From an uncultured Phycisphaerales bacterium (GTDB lineage: Bacteria; Planctomycetota; Phycisphaerae; Phycisphaerales; SM1A02), in NCBI GenBank assembly GCA_938084645.1, contig CALKEP010000005.1:16771-80770 (forward strand): a stretch of DNA of 64,000 bases, written 5' to 3'. Positions 49,548 to 58,841 of the stretch are shown here, piece after piece. Within the stretch, counting starts at the first letter, position 1. Every line of letters starts with the position of its first letter. The translations under genes were made by a program, and so were the position numbers. The notes under the pieces were generated by a model. That model did no database searches, had not been told where the DNA came from, and saw nothing but the letters and a program-made list of their open reading frames with translations.

Positions 49548-50762
49548 ATGTCTTCCGCGACGGTCGCCATCACCCTGATCCTCGCCGTGCTCGCGACCGC
49601 GACCGCCGTCTACTGGGGTTTCGTGCTGGGGCGGTTGATCCGACTCGCCCGGCACACCCCGCTGCTCGAGGACGGGTTGGATCTTCCCGTGGTCGACGAT
49701 CTCGTGTCGGTGATCGTGCCGGCCCATGACGAGGCCCGGGTGATCGAACGCATGGTCGCGTCGATGCGGGCCCAGCGTGAGGCGCGGATCGAACTCGTGG
49801 TGGTGCTCGATCGATGCACCGACGACACGCTCGCCCGGCTCGAGGCCGCGGCGGAGAACGACCCGCGGATTCGTCCCATCGTCAACGACAGCTGTCCCGA
49901 CGACTGGGCCGGCAAGTGTCACGCGGCGTCGGTCGGTGCCGCGGCTGCGCAGGGCGACTGGCTGCTCTTCACCGATGCGGACGTGCGATTCGACGCCGAC
50001 GTCGTCCGATCGGCGGTCGCGATCGCGGATGCCGAAGGCATCGACCTGCTCAGCGCCTACACCCGGCTCACCTCCGGGCACTGGTGGGAGGCCGTGGTCC
50101 AGCCACCCGCGGCGATCACGCTGCTCCGCATGTTTCCCCCGGACCGCACCAACCACGTCGAACGACCGCGTTCCTTCGCGAACGGTCAGTTCATGCTGTT
50201 CCGGCGAACGTTCTACGATCGCCTCGGCGGTCACGCGGCCGTGAAGGACGATCTGCTCGAGGATCTCGCCTTCGCCAAGGCCGTGCACCGGCTCGACGGA
50301 CGCGTCCGCGTCGTCGACTCCGGTGACAGGATCCAGACCAGCATGTACGAATCGCTCGAGGATCTCCTCGGCGGCTGGCGTCGGATCTTCATCGAATCCT
50401 GCCACCGGAACATCGGGCGGATGAATCGAAACGTGGTGCGGGTCGCCGCCGCCGGACTCGGTCCCGTGACCGCGATCGCCAGTCTCGGGACCGGCGTCGT
50501 GGCCGCTTCGCTGGGCGGGACGCTGCTCGGCATTCTCGCGATGGTCGCGGGCGTGGCCGGCCTCGTGTTCTCGGGGGCCGCACTCCTCGTCGTCTTCGGT
50601 CGGGGCGGCATGCCTCGGATCGGCATTCTCGGCTGGCCGCTTGGCTGCCTGCTGGTCGCGGGCGCGATCCGCGGGGGCGCGGTCGACCTCGCCCGAGGGA
50701 GGCCGGTCCGCTGGGGCGGCCGCGCGTACGTCATCGAACCCGAGCGGTCCGCCCGGGCCTGA
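49548..50762 (+). CDS. Family 2 glycosyltransferase (HpnB/CrtQ-like)
   Basis: VSVIVPAHDE, WAGKCHA, LFTDAD, ANGQFM and LEDLAFA; TM segments at both ends. Confidence 0.88.
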   Translation: MSSATVAITLILAVLATATAVYWGFVLGRLIRLARHTPLLEDGLDLPVVDDLVSVIVPAHDEARVIERMVASMRAQREARIELVVVLDRCTDDTLARLEAAAENDPRIRPIVNDSCPDDWAGKCHAASVGAAAAQGDWLLFTDADVRFDADVVRSAVAIADAEGIDLLSAYTRLTSGHWWEAVVQPPAAITLLRMFPPDRTNHVERPRSFANGQFMLFRRTFYDRLGGHAAVKDDLLEDLAFAKAVHRLDGRVRVVDSGDRIQTSMYESLEDLLGGWRRIFIESCHRNIGRMNRNVVRVAAAGLGPVTAIASLGTGVVAASLGGTLLGILAMVAGVAGLVFSGAALLVVFGRGGMPRIGILGWPLGCLLVAGAIRGGAVDLARGRPVRWGGRAYVIEPERSARA

Positions 50763-50818
50763 ACCATCGCGGGACCGCGGGTCCCGCGTCCATCCTTGCA
50801 ACCACGCTGGAATCCATC

Positions 50819-51607
50819 GTGAAGATCCTGCTCACCAACGACGACGGCATCGAAGCCCCCGGAATCCGCGCCCTGCATCGCGCGCTCGCGGGCCTCGGCG
50901 ACATCACCACCATCGCGCCGTACACCGTCCAGTCCGCGACCAGTCACGGCGTGACCTTCAACGAACCGATGATGATCCACTCGACGACGATGGACGACGG
51001 TTCGATCGGGCATGCGGTCGACGGACGTCCCGCGGACTGCGTGAAGGTCGCGCTCCGATCGCTGTGGGCGGAACTGCACGGCGAGGGAACCCTGCCCGAC
51101 ATCACCATCTCCGGGATGAACAGCGGGGCGAACGTCGGCATCAACGTGATCTATTCCGGAACGGTCGCGGCCGCGGTCGAGAGCGCATTCCTCGGCGTCC
51201 CGTCGATCGCGGTGAGCCTGCATCTCGGTGATCGCGACTCGATCTGCTACGACCGGGCCGCGGAGATCGCACGGGTCGCGATCGACCGGATCCTCGTCCA
51301 TCCGCTCGACCCGCACGCGGTGGTGAACGTCAACGTGCCGCGGACCGAGACACCGGATGCCCCGATGCCGCCGATCAAGGTCTGCGCGATGAACACCGCG
51401 GCGGGTTCGGGCGGCTACGAGAAGCGGACCAGTCCCTACGGCCAGCCGTACTACTGGGCGGCGGGCAGCGGGATGGAGTTCATGCACACCCACCCCGACA
51501 CCGACGTGGATGCCCTGATGAACCGTTGTCTCACCGTCACGCCGCTCGAGTTCGATCTCACCGATCATCCGCGAGTGCAGACGTGGCGGGAACGGCTCGA
51601 GGACTGA
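50819..51607 (+). CDS. surE: 5'/3'-nucleotidase SurE
   Basis: ILLTNDDGI, GRPADCV, SGMNSGAN and YSGTVAAA. Confidence 0.96.
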   Translation: MKILLTNDDGIEAPGIRALHRALAGLGDITTIAPYTVQSATSHGVTFNEPMMIHSTTMDDGSIGHAVDGRPADCVKVALRSLWAELHGEGTLPDITISGMNSGANVGINVIYSGTVAAAVESAFLGVPSIAVSLHLGDRDSICYDRAAEIARVAIDRILVHPLDPHAVVNVNVPRTETPDAPMPPIKVCAMNTAAGSGGYEKRTSPYGQPYYWAAGSGMEFMHTHPDTDVDALMNRCLTVTPLEFDLTDHPRVQTWRERLED

Positions 51608-51633
51608 TCACGGGCCGCCGGTCCGACGGCGGA

Positions 51634-52785
51634 TCAGTTCAGGAGCAGTTGGAGCTCGATCGTCACGGTCTGGTCCCCGGTGAGCTGCTTGAGTCGGGAG
51701 CCCTTGGCCCGCCATCGATAGAGCATGTCGATCAGGCGCTCGTCGAGATCCGGTTCCTGGCTTCGCACCACCAGTGACGCCCGTTTCGGTTTCCCCGTGC
51801 GATCGAATTCGATCCGCGCGACCGGGTTGTACTTCGGGCGGTAGCTCAGCCAAGACGTCACGGGAATCGTCGGGCGACGGGTGGTGATGTTCAGTCCGCG
51901 GGCCGCGAGCGGCTTGCCCTGCTTCCATTCCGACGCCGGCACCTCGATCAGGCTCGTGGCTTCCGCATCCTTGTCCGCGTCGTTCCCTGATTCCGGGGCG
52001 GGTTCGCCCGGACCGTCGCCCTCGCCGGTGGCGTCGCCCTTCGTGTCGCCTTCGTCGCCGTCCGCTTCGGGCGTGGGGGTCGGCGTGGGTTCGGGAGCGG
52101 GACCGGGATCCGCTTCGGTCGTCGGTACCGGCTTCTCATCGGTTTCGGGTTCGGACTGCTCGTCGGCCGGCGGCACCGAAGTCGGTTCCTCGGGAGCCTC
52201 CTCGCTCGTGGTGGTCTCCTTGTCCGGGCGGGTCGATGGATCCGGCGTCGCTTCGGCGTCCGACGTGGTCGCCTCGTCGATGGTCTCGGATTCCACCGGC
52301 TCCGGATCCACGGTCGGTCGGGTCTTCGGTTCGGTCACGATCTTCGGGTCGAGGATCACCTCCGCCTCCGAGGTCTCGGGTGCCGGTGCGGTCGAAGTCG
52401 GCGCCGCGCTCGAGGGGAGATTCGCGGTCGGGATGGCCGGGGTCGATGGCGAGCTTCGCGGTCGGCTCGGTGGTGGGGTGCCGCCACCGCCCGCGACCGG
52501 GGACGCGAGCATCGCCGCCTGTTCGACTTCGGAGAGGCGCGCGAGATGTTCCTGGTACTCCTCGTACCCGATCCAGGTCAGGGTCTCGGCGTCGCTCTGT
52601 TCGATGCCGAGCGCTTCCGGTTCCGGGGTGGATTCACGCCGGTCCTCGAGTTCGTGGTCGAGGGAACGGTCGCGTCCGTCCGCGGCGGCGGCGCGCAGCA
52701 GGAGGACGGCGACGCCCAGATGCAGCAGCACCGAGACGACCAGGGCCGTCGGTTCCGAGATGGATGTTCGTCCACGCGATCGCAC
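51634..52785 (-). CDS. TonB/TolA-like energy transducer
   Basis: N-terminal TM with S-x3-H (VSVLLH), long Pro/Glu/Thr linker, and a TonB-C-like end (ARIEFDRTG..SQEPDLDERLIDMLYRW). Confidence 0.7.
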   Translation of the reverse strand: MRSRGRTSISEPTALVVSVLLHLGVAVLLLRAAAADGRDRSLDHELEDRRESTPEPEALGIEQSDAETLTWIGYEEYQEHLARLSEVEQAAMLASPVAGGGGTPPPSRPRSSPSTPAIPTANLPSSAAPTSTAPAPETSEAEVILDPKIVTEPKTRPTVDPEPVESETIDEATTSDAEATPDPSTRPDKETTTSEEAPEEPTSVPPADEQSEPETDEKPVPTTEADPGPAPEPTPTPTPEADGDEGDTKGDATGEGDGPGEPAPESGNDADKDAEATSLIEVPASEWKQGKPLAARGLNITTRRPTIPVTSWLSYRPKYNPVARIEFDRTGKPKRASLVVRSQEPDLDERLIDMLYRWRAKGSRLKQLTGDQTVTIELQLLLN

Positions 52786-52838
52786 GAAAGGATGGTAGTC
52801 GGAGGATCCCGGATCGCGCTGCGGGAACGCGATCGCGT

Positions 52839-53357
52839 TCAGGAATCGCCGTTTCCGTCCGGTCCCGCGGAGATCGGGCGGCCGACCATGCGAATCGGGA
52901 TCTCCGCGAGTCGAAGCTGGTTCCAGAGCTCGAGCAGCACGGGGATCCGATCGGTGGGGCCGACCTCGTCGGAGACCGCCAGGTAGAGGACGGTTTCCGG
53001 ATCCCCTTCGAGCGTCTTCCGGAGTTCCGGCACGACCGCCTCGAGGGTGATCGGTTCGCGATCGAGGAACATTCCGCCCGCGCCGTCGAGACTCAGGGTG
53101 CGGGCCGGCGGCGGTGCCGCGTCGGCCACCACGGCGCCGGCCTCGAGGGGCTTCAGATCGAGCGGTACCAGCTCGATCCGGTCCATCAGGACCATCGCGT
53201 AGATGAAGAAGGTGAGCAGGAGGAAGATGACGTCGATCAGCGGCGTGAGCTCCACCCGGAACGGTGGCTCGCTCCGACGCAGTCGGACCCGACGGACCCT
53301 CGGGGCGGAATCGTCGGCGCCGGTGTCCGCGACGGGTTGGACGGTCGCGTCGTTCAC
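52839..53357 (-). CDS. exbD: ExbD/TolR family protein (third copy)
   Basis: ELTPLIDVIFLLLTFF. GTG start overlaps the STAS gene stop. Confidence 0.88.
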   Translation of the reverse strand: MNDATVQPVADTGADDSAPRVRRVRLRRSEPPFRVELTPLIDVIFLLLTFFIYAMVLMDRIELVPLDLKPLEAGAVVADAAPPPARTLSLDGAGGMFLDREPITLEAVVPELRKTLEGDPETVLYLAVSDEVGPTDRIPVLLELWNQLRLAEIPIRMVGRPISAGPDGNGDS

Positions 53358-53704
53358 GCCTCGAGTTGCAGCGAAGCGATCGCGGTGGCGACGTCGTCGT
53401 GGAATTCGAAGAGCTTGTCGAGTCCGGTCACGAGGATGACGCCCCAGACCTGGTCGCCGACCGAGCAGACCCGGAGCCGGGCGCCGGCCGCGGCGAGTCG
53501 CTTGCGCAGCCGGAGCAGCTGGGCGATGTTCGAGGAGTTGAGGTAATCCACCTCCGCGAGATTCACGACCATGTCGGGCATGTCCCGGCCACCCTGTTCG
53601 GAGTCCTCGACGATCGCCATGAGCGAGGTCATGTCCTCGCTGAAGGTCGGTTCCTCGCCGGTCTCGGCGAGAACGATGCTGTCGGACCATTCATTCAGGC
53701 TCAT
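53354..53704 (-). CDS. STAS domain protein (anti-sigma-factor antagonist-like)
   Basis: VVNLAEVDYLNSSNIAQL and ILVTGLDKLFEF; AAGGA RBS before ATG 53704. Confidence 0.88.
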   Translation of the reverse strand: MSLNEWSDSIVLAETGEEPTFSEDMTSLMAIVEDSEQGGRDMPDMVVNLAEVDYLNSSNIAQLLRLRKRLAAAGARLRVCSVGDQVWGVILVTGLDKLFEFHDDVATAIASLQLEA

Positions 53705-53790
53705 GCGATCAGTTCCTTGCGGTTGCCGACGTGTTCGCTGGATCGGGAGTGGGGCACGTCTGGGAGGCGGGAGGGAGCGTCGGTCGGTGA

Positions 53791-56442
53791 TCAATCGGTG
53801 GCGGGTGGGGCCGGATCGTCCACGGCCTCGTCCGGTTCCGCGGGCGTGGTGGCGCAGTCGATGAGTCGGTCATCGACCTTCAACTTGACGACCCGGACGC
53901 CCTGCGTGTTCCGTCCCAGTCTCGACACGTCCGCCGCGGACGTGCGGATCATCATGCCGCCCGAGGAGATGAACATCAGGCTGTCGGAATCCGTGACGGA
54001 CCGGACCGTCACGACCGGGCCGTTCCGACCGGCGGTCTTGATGTCGATCCGTCCCTTGCCGCCCCGGCTCTGCGGGCGGGCGCCGTCTTCGGCCTGGACG
54101 AGGTACTCGGTGAGCGAGGTCCGCTTTCCGTAGCCGTTCTCGGTCACGGTGAGCAGGTCGGTGTCGTCCTCGGCCCGGACCAGGCCGACGACCTTGTCCG
54201 AGTCGGCGAGGTCGATGCCCTTCACGCCCGCCGCGGCACGCCCCATGACCCGGGCGTCGTTCTCGTCGAAGCGGATCGCCATGCCCCGCGAGGTCGCGAG
54301 AAGGACGTGGTCGTCGCCCCGGGTGAGCACCACGCCGACGAGATGGTCCTCGTCGTTGAGATTGAGGGCGATGATCCCGCTTCGGTTGACGTTCCGGAAG
54401 TCCTTGAGCGACGTCCGCTTGACCCGGCCGGCGCCGGTCGCGAAGAAGAGGTAGTCCTCGCTCTTCTCGAAGTCGCTGATCGGAAGGAAGAACCGGACCG
54501 ATTCGCCTTCCTTGAGATCGAGGACGTTCGCGATCGATCGTCCCTTGCTGGTCCGGCCCGCTTCGGGGATCTGCCAGACCCGGATCTTGAAGACCCGTCC
54601 GGTGTCCGTGAAGCAGAGGAGATCGTGGTGGGTGCTCGCGGTGAAGATGTGTTCGGTGAAGTCGCCCTCCCGGGCGTCGCCACCCTTGATGCCGACGCCG
54701 CCTCTTCCCTGCTGGCGATAGGTGTCGACGGGAAGTCGCTTGATCCAGCCGCTGTGGGTGATGGTGACCACCACGCGATGCTCCTGGATCAGCTCCTCCA
54801 TCTCGAAGCCTTCGACTTCGCCGTCCTCGATCTCGGTTCGGCGGGTGTCGGCGAACTTCTCTCGGATCTCGAGGCAGTCCTCGCGGATCAGCTGCCGCAC
54901 CTTCTCGTCGTCGGCGAGGATCGCCTCGTAGCCTTCGATCTCCTCGTGGATCGATCGAAGTTCCCCGGCGAGCTTCTCGATCTCGAGTCCGGTGAGCTGG
55001 ATGAGTCGGAGGGCGCCGATCGCCTCGGCCTGCACGCGGGTGAGCAGGGCGCCGATCTCGCCGTCGACCTCGGCGTTCCCCGCGTCGAGCAGCCGCTGCG
55101 GGATCAGCGGTGCGTAGGCATGGTCGGCGGGAATCTGGAATCGCCGTTCCATCAGTCGGTTGATCGCCTCGTCCCGGGTCCGGCTGGCGCGGATCAGGCG
55201 GATCACCTCGTCGATGTCGCAGACCGCGTAGATCAGGCCTTCGAGCTTGTGGGCCTGCTGGCGGGCCTGCCGCAGCAGGAATTCGGTCCGGCGACGGATC
55301 ACTTCACGTCGATGTTCGATCCAGTAGTCGATCAGCGCCCGCAGATCGAGGGTCCGCGGCTGGCTGTTGACCAGCGCGATGTTGATGATCGAGAACGTCG
55401 ACTGCAGCGGGGTGAACTGGTAGAGCTGTCGCTCGACGACGTCGGGGTTTCCGCCCTTCTTCAGGACGACCAGGATCCGGGTGCGGGCATCGCGACCCGA
55501 ATGGTTCCGGACGTCGGAGATCTCGGCGATCTTCCCGGTCTTCGCGGCCTCGACGATCTTCTCGATGAGGCTGCTCTGATTCACCTGATAGGGGATCTCG
55601 TCGATGATCAGCACGTCGCGGCCGTTCTGGATCTCCTGCCGCACGCGTCCACGAACGGTGATTCGGCCGCGTCCGGTGGTGTAGGCCTGTGCGATGCCCT
55701 GGCGACCGACGATCACGCCGCCGGTCGGGAAGTCGGGCCCGGGGACGGTCTGGAGAAGTTCCGCCAGCGGCAGTTCGGGATCGTCGAGGACGCGGATCAC
55801 CGCGTCGCAGATCTCGCCCGCGTTGTGGGGCGGCATGGAACTCGCCATGCCCACCGCGATGCCGCTCGAGCCGTTCACCAGGAGGCTGGGGAACTTCGCG
55901 GGCAGGACCACGGGTTCCATCAGGCGTTCGTCGTAGTTCGCCTTGAAATCGACCGTCTCGTACTTGAGGTCCTCGAGCATCGCGACCGCGGCCGCGGTCA
56001 TCCGGGCCTCGGTGTATCGCATCGCCGCCGGGGGATCGCCTTCGATCGAACCGAAGTTCCCCTGCTTGTCGATCAACAGGCAGCGGGTCTTCCAGTTCTG
56101 GCCGAGGTTGACCAGGGTCGGATAGATCACCGACTCGCCGTGCGGGTGGTAGTTGCCCGAGGTGTCGCCGGCGATCTTCGCGCACTTGATGTGCTTGCGA
56201 CCGGGCGACAGGTTGAGGTCGTTCATCGCGACGAGGATTCGTCGCTGCGATGGCTTCAGACCGTCGCGCACGTCGGGCAGCGCGCGGTCCATGATCGTGC
56301 TCATCGCGTAGGTGAGGTACGAGTCGTGGAGTTCGCGTTCGATCTCCAGATCGACGACTTCGCCGATGGCGCCGACCGCCGAGGCGTCGTCGGTGCCGTC
56401 GTTTTCCGGGGGCGGTTCGGGCGTGGTCGAGTCTTCGCTCAT
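53791..56442 (-). CDS. gyrA: DNA gyrase subunit A
   Basis: [24 protein letters not shown] catalytic Tyr, GyrA-box-like QGRGGVG and a beta-pinwheel CTD. Confidence 0.96.
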   Translation of the reverse strand: MSEDSTTPEPPPENDGTDDASAVGAIGEVVDLEIERELHDSYLTYAMSTIMDRALPDVRDGLKPSQRRILVAMNDLNLSPGRKHIKCAKIAGDTSGNYHPHGESVIYPTLVNLGQNWKTRCLLIDKQGNFGSIEGDPPAAMRYTEARMTAAAVAMLEDLKYETVDFKANYDERLMEPVVLPAKFPSLLVNGSSGIAVGMASSMPPHNAGEICDAVIRVLDDPELPLAELLQTVPGPDFPTGGVIVGRQGIAQAYTTGRGRITVRGRVRQEIQNGRDVLIIDEIPYQVNQSSLIEKIVEAAKTGKIAEISDVRNHSGRDARTRILVVLKKGGNPDVVERQLYQFTPLQSTFSIINIALVNSQPRTLDLRALIDYWIEHRREVIRRRTEFLLRQARQQAHKLEGLIYAVCDIDEVIRLIRASRTRDEAINRLMERRFQIPADHAYAPLIPQRLLDAGNAEVDGEIGALLTRVQAEAIGALRLIQLTGLEIEKLAGELRSIHEEIEGYEAILADDEKVRQLIREDCLEIREKFADTRRTEIEDGEVEGFEMEELIQEHRVVVTITHSGWIKRLPVDTYRQQGRGGVGIKGGDAREGDFTEHIFTASTHHDLLCFTDTGRVFKIRVWQIPEAGRTSKGRSIANVLDLKEGESVRFFLPISDFEKSEDYLFFATGAGRVKRTSLKDFRNVNRSGIIALNLNDEDHLVGVVLTRGDDHVLLATSRGMAIRFDENDARVMGRAAAGVKGIDLADSDKVVGLVRAEDDTDLLTVTENGYGKRTSLTEYLVQAEDGARPQSRGGKGRIDIKTAGRNGPVVTVRSVTDSDSLMFISSGGMMIRTSAADVSRLGRNTQGVRVVKLKVDDRLIDCATTPAEPDEAVDDPAPPATD

Positions 56443-56628
56443 GCGGGGCGTCGCTGCTCTCGAGGGGGCGTCGAAGTGACGGGGGGAGTCCTTCGAAGGG
56501 CATGCCTTCGAGGGTGTTTTCCGGACACCGAATTCTACCGGAAACCGGCCGTTCGCGGGTTGCTCGGACCTCGGTCGGAGCGAGGATTCGGTTCGCTTTC
56601 CGGGAGGCTGGAGCGGTGGTTCGACCGG

Positions 56629-57246
56629 TCAGTTGGACGGGGTCAGCAGCGCCACGTATTCGATGTTCCCCGGGACCCCTCGGCGTTTCGCGGTCTTGCC
56701 GCCCACCAGTGGTGACGCGGTGGCCCCGAGCACCTCCACGCCGAGATCCGGCATGGCCCGGAGCACCGTTTCGAGGACCCGTGGCGCGTGTTCCTGTGGG
56801 AGAAAACCTCGGTCCAGCAGGTCCTTCTCGTCGGGGGCGAGCTCGTAGTGCGGCTTCACCAGCGTGAGGATCCGACGTGCTCCGGCGGGATCGAGCCACC
56901 GAAGCGCCGCCGGGATCGCGAGGCGTTGCGGCGTCCACGCGAGATCGATCACGACGAGGTCGACGCCACCCTCCGGTGGATCATCGTGCAGCGCATTGGT
57001 CCGTTCGCGGGTCTCGACCCGCGCATCCTGCCGGAGCGGCCAGGCGAGGACGCCTCGGCCGGTGTCGATCGCGACGACCCGGGACGCGCCGCGCTGGAGA
57101 AGGCAGTCCGTGAAGCCACCGACGTTCGCCCCGAAGTCGGCGCATCGGAATCCGGTCACGTCGAGTTCGAACGCGTCGAGGCCGTGTTCGAGCTTCAGTC
57201 CCGCTCGGCTCGCGAAGCGTCGTTCGGATCCCGCGGAATCCGTCAC
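56629..57246 (-). CDS. TlyA/FtsJ-like SAM-dependent RNA methyltransferase lacking the S4 domain
   Basis: FASRAGLKL, DFGANVGGFTDCLLQRGA, ERTNA, LVKPHYE and GNIEY. GTG overlaps the lpxI stop. Confidence 0.85.
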   Translation of the reverse strand: MTDSAGSERRFASRAGLKLEHGLDAFELDVTGFRCADFGANVGGFTDCLLQRGASRVVAIDTGRGVLAWPLRQDARVETRERTNALHDDPPEGGVDLVVIDLAWTPQRLAIPAALRWLDPAGARRILTLVKPHYELAPDEKDLLDRGFLPQEHAPRVLETVLRAMPDLGVEVLGATASPLVGGKTAKRRGVPGNIEYVALLTPSN

Positions 57247-58124
57247 GCGTCGGGCCCGGACCCGGCGGAGGGCGAGGCGTCCGCATTCTCGTCGACCCCG
57301 ATGATCGCAATGCCCGCGGCGTCCGCGGCGGCGATCACCTTCGGGCGATCCGCGAGAATCACGCGGCCGGCGCCGAGGGCGATGCAGGTGCAGCCCGCCT
57401 CGGCGGCGTTGCGGATCGTCCGTTCGCCGATCGTGGGGACGTCGGAGCGGGTGTCGTGGGTCGGCGACGCGGTCTTGAGGAGCGTCCAGCCGCCGCGAGG
57501 GCAGAGTTCGGCGGTGCGGGCGATCATCCGATCGGTGCCCTCGACCGCCTCGACGCTGATCACGTCGCGCTGCCGGACCGCGATCGCCTGCCCGATCTCG
57601 AGTTCGCTCGTGCGGGCGAGCAGAGGCCAGCCGAACGACACGTCGCCCGCCTCGTCGGCGGTGGGCCGTCGGGTGGTGCAGACGCCGGCGGTGGCGAGGT
57701 GTTCCTTCAGGTAGGTGGTGGAGTCCACGAGATTGAGTCCACGGGCGTTGAGGTCGTCGGCGAGGATCTTCAGGAGTGTCGCGGAGCGACGATCGAACCG
57801 CAACTTCCGGTACCAGAGGTCGATGACGAAGAAGTCGGGGATCTCGCGAAGCATCTCGAGTTTGAAGCGTCGGCGATGCATCACGCTCTTGCCGACGCGG
57901 CCGATCAGGATGGAATCCTCGCAGCCGGCGCGCTTCGCGGCCCGCACCCAGCCCGTCGGTCGGAGGAAGCCCACTTCGCGGAACTCGTCGCACGATGCGG
58001 GAAAGGTGGGGTCGTACATCCCGCGGAGACCGAGGCCCACCGCTCGCCGCCCGGCCGCACGCACGCCTTCGGCGGTGAGTCGAGGCAGGTCGCCCTGGCC
58101 GGCGATGATCGCGGTGGCGTCCAT
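57243..58124 (-). CDS. lpxI: LpxI family UDP-2,3-diacylglucosamine hydrolase
   Basis: IIAGQGDLP, EIGQAIAV, VEAVEGTDRMI and DTRSDVPTIG. Confidence 0.9.
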   Translation of the reverse strand: MDATAIIAGQGDLPRLTAEGVRAAGRRAVGLGLRGMYDPTFPASCDEFREVGFLRPTGWVRAAKRAGCEDSILIGRVGKSVMHRRRFKLEMLREIPDFFVIDLWYRKLRFDRRSATLLKILADDLNARGLNLVDSTTYLKEHLATAGVCTTRRPTADEAGDVSFGWPLLARTSELEIGQAIAVRQRDVISVEAVEGTDRMIARTAELCPRGGWTLLKTASPTHDTRSDVPTIGERTIRNAAEAGCTCIALGAGRVILADRPKVIAAADAAGIAIIGVDENADASPSAGSGPDA

Positions 58125-58176
58125 GGGAGAAGGGTAGCGACGGTCGGTTCCGCGCCGTCGGCGGGAACCGGCCGGA

Positions 58177-58773
58177 TCAGGTCTCCAGTTCGGCGAGCGG
58201 AGGGATCAGGTCGGACTGGGAGAGTCCGTGTCCTCGATCCGTGGCGAGCGCGTGCAGCACCTTGACGGGATCCCGGTCGATCGAGAGCAGCCGACGGATC
58301 GCCGGTCGGATGAACTTCTGCTCGATGCCGTGTTCGATCATCGCGAGGAGCGGGTCGAAGTAGCCGTGATCATTCACGATCCCCATCGGCTTGTCGTGCT
58401 CGGAGAGCACCCGTCCCACGAGGGTCTCGAAGAACTCCTCGTAGGTTCCGAGGCCGCCGGGCAGCACCAGGAACGCGTCGCCGCGTTCGACCATGATCCG
58501 CTTTCGTTCCCGCATCGTCTCGACGGTGATGAGCTCGGTGCATCCCTCGAACGCGACCTCGAGGGTCGCGAGATGGCTCGTGATGACGCCGACGACCTCG
58601 CCACCCGCATCCGCGCAGGCGCGGGCGACGTCACCCATCAGGCCGGTCGAGCCGCCACCGTAGACGAGGGCCCGGCCGCCCTTCGCGATCTCCCGGCCGA
58701 CGATCTCGGCGGTACGGGTGAAGTGCGGGTCGAGCGAGGAGGAACTGGCGCAATAGACGGTGACGGACTTCAT
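58177..58773 (-). CDS. LOG family nucleotide phosphoribohydrolase (TIGR00730-like)
   Basis: VYCASS, LVYGGGSTGLMG, MRERK and PGGLGTYEE. Confidence 0.93.
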   Translation of the reverse strand: MKSVTVYCASSSSLDPHFTRTAEIVGREIAKGGRALVYGGGSTGLMGDVARACADAGGEVVGVITSHLATLEVAFEGCTELITVETMRERKRIMVERGDAFLVLPGGLGTYEEFFETLVGRVLSEHDKPMGIVNDHGYFDPLLAMIEHGIEQKFIRPAIRRLLSIDRDPVKVLHALATDRGHGLSQSDLIPPLAELET

Positions 58774-58781
58774 GGCCGGAC

Positions 58782-58835
58782 AGGGTAGCGGACGGGCTCG
58801 TCGGACGAGGGTCGGGCTCGTCGGGCGGATACCAT
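58782..58835. promoter_or_regulatory. Back-to-back putative -10 boxes: TACCCT (minus, 58782-58787) and TACCAT (plus, 58830-58835)
   Basis: They lie 8 nt and 6 nt before the divergent ATGs at 58773 and 58842. Confidence 0.55.
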
Positions 58836-58841
58836 GCGAGG

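Noticed and set aside
51950..52500. Low-complexity Pro/Glu/Thr-coding stretch resembling tandem repeats
   Set aside because: Explained as the TonB-like linker; no regular nucleotide repeat unit.
56490..56514. Hairpin CCTTCGAAGG-GCATG-CCTTCGAGGG upstream of gyrA
   Set aside because: Short, with no U-tract on the gyrA strand; not enough to call a terminator or riboswitch.
54307..56715. 802-aa plus-strand ORF
   Set aside because: Antisense mirror of gyrA.
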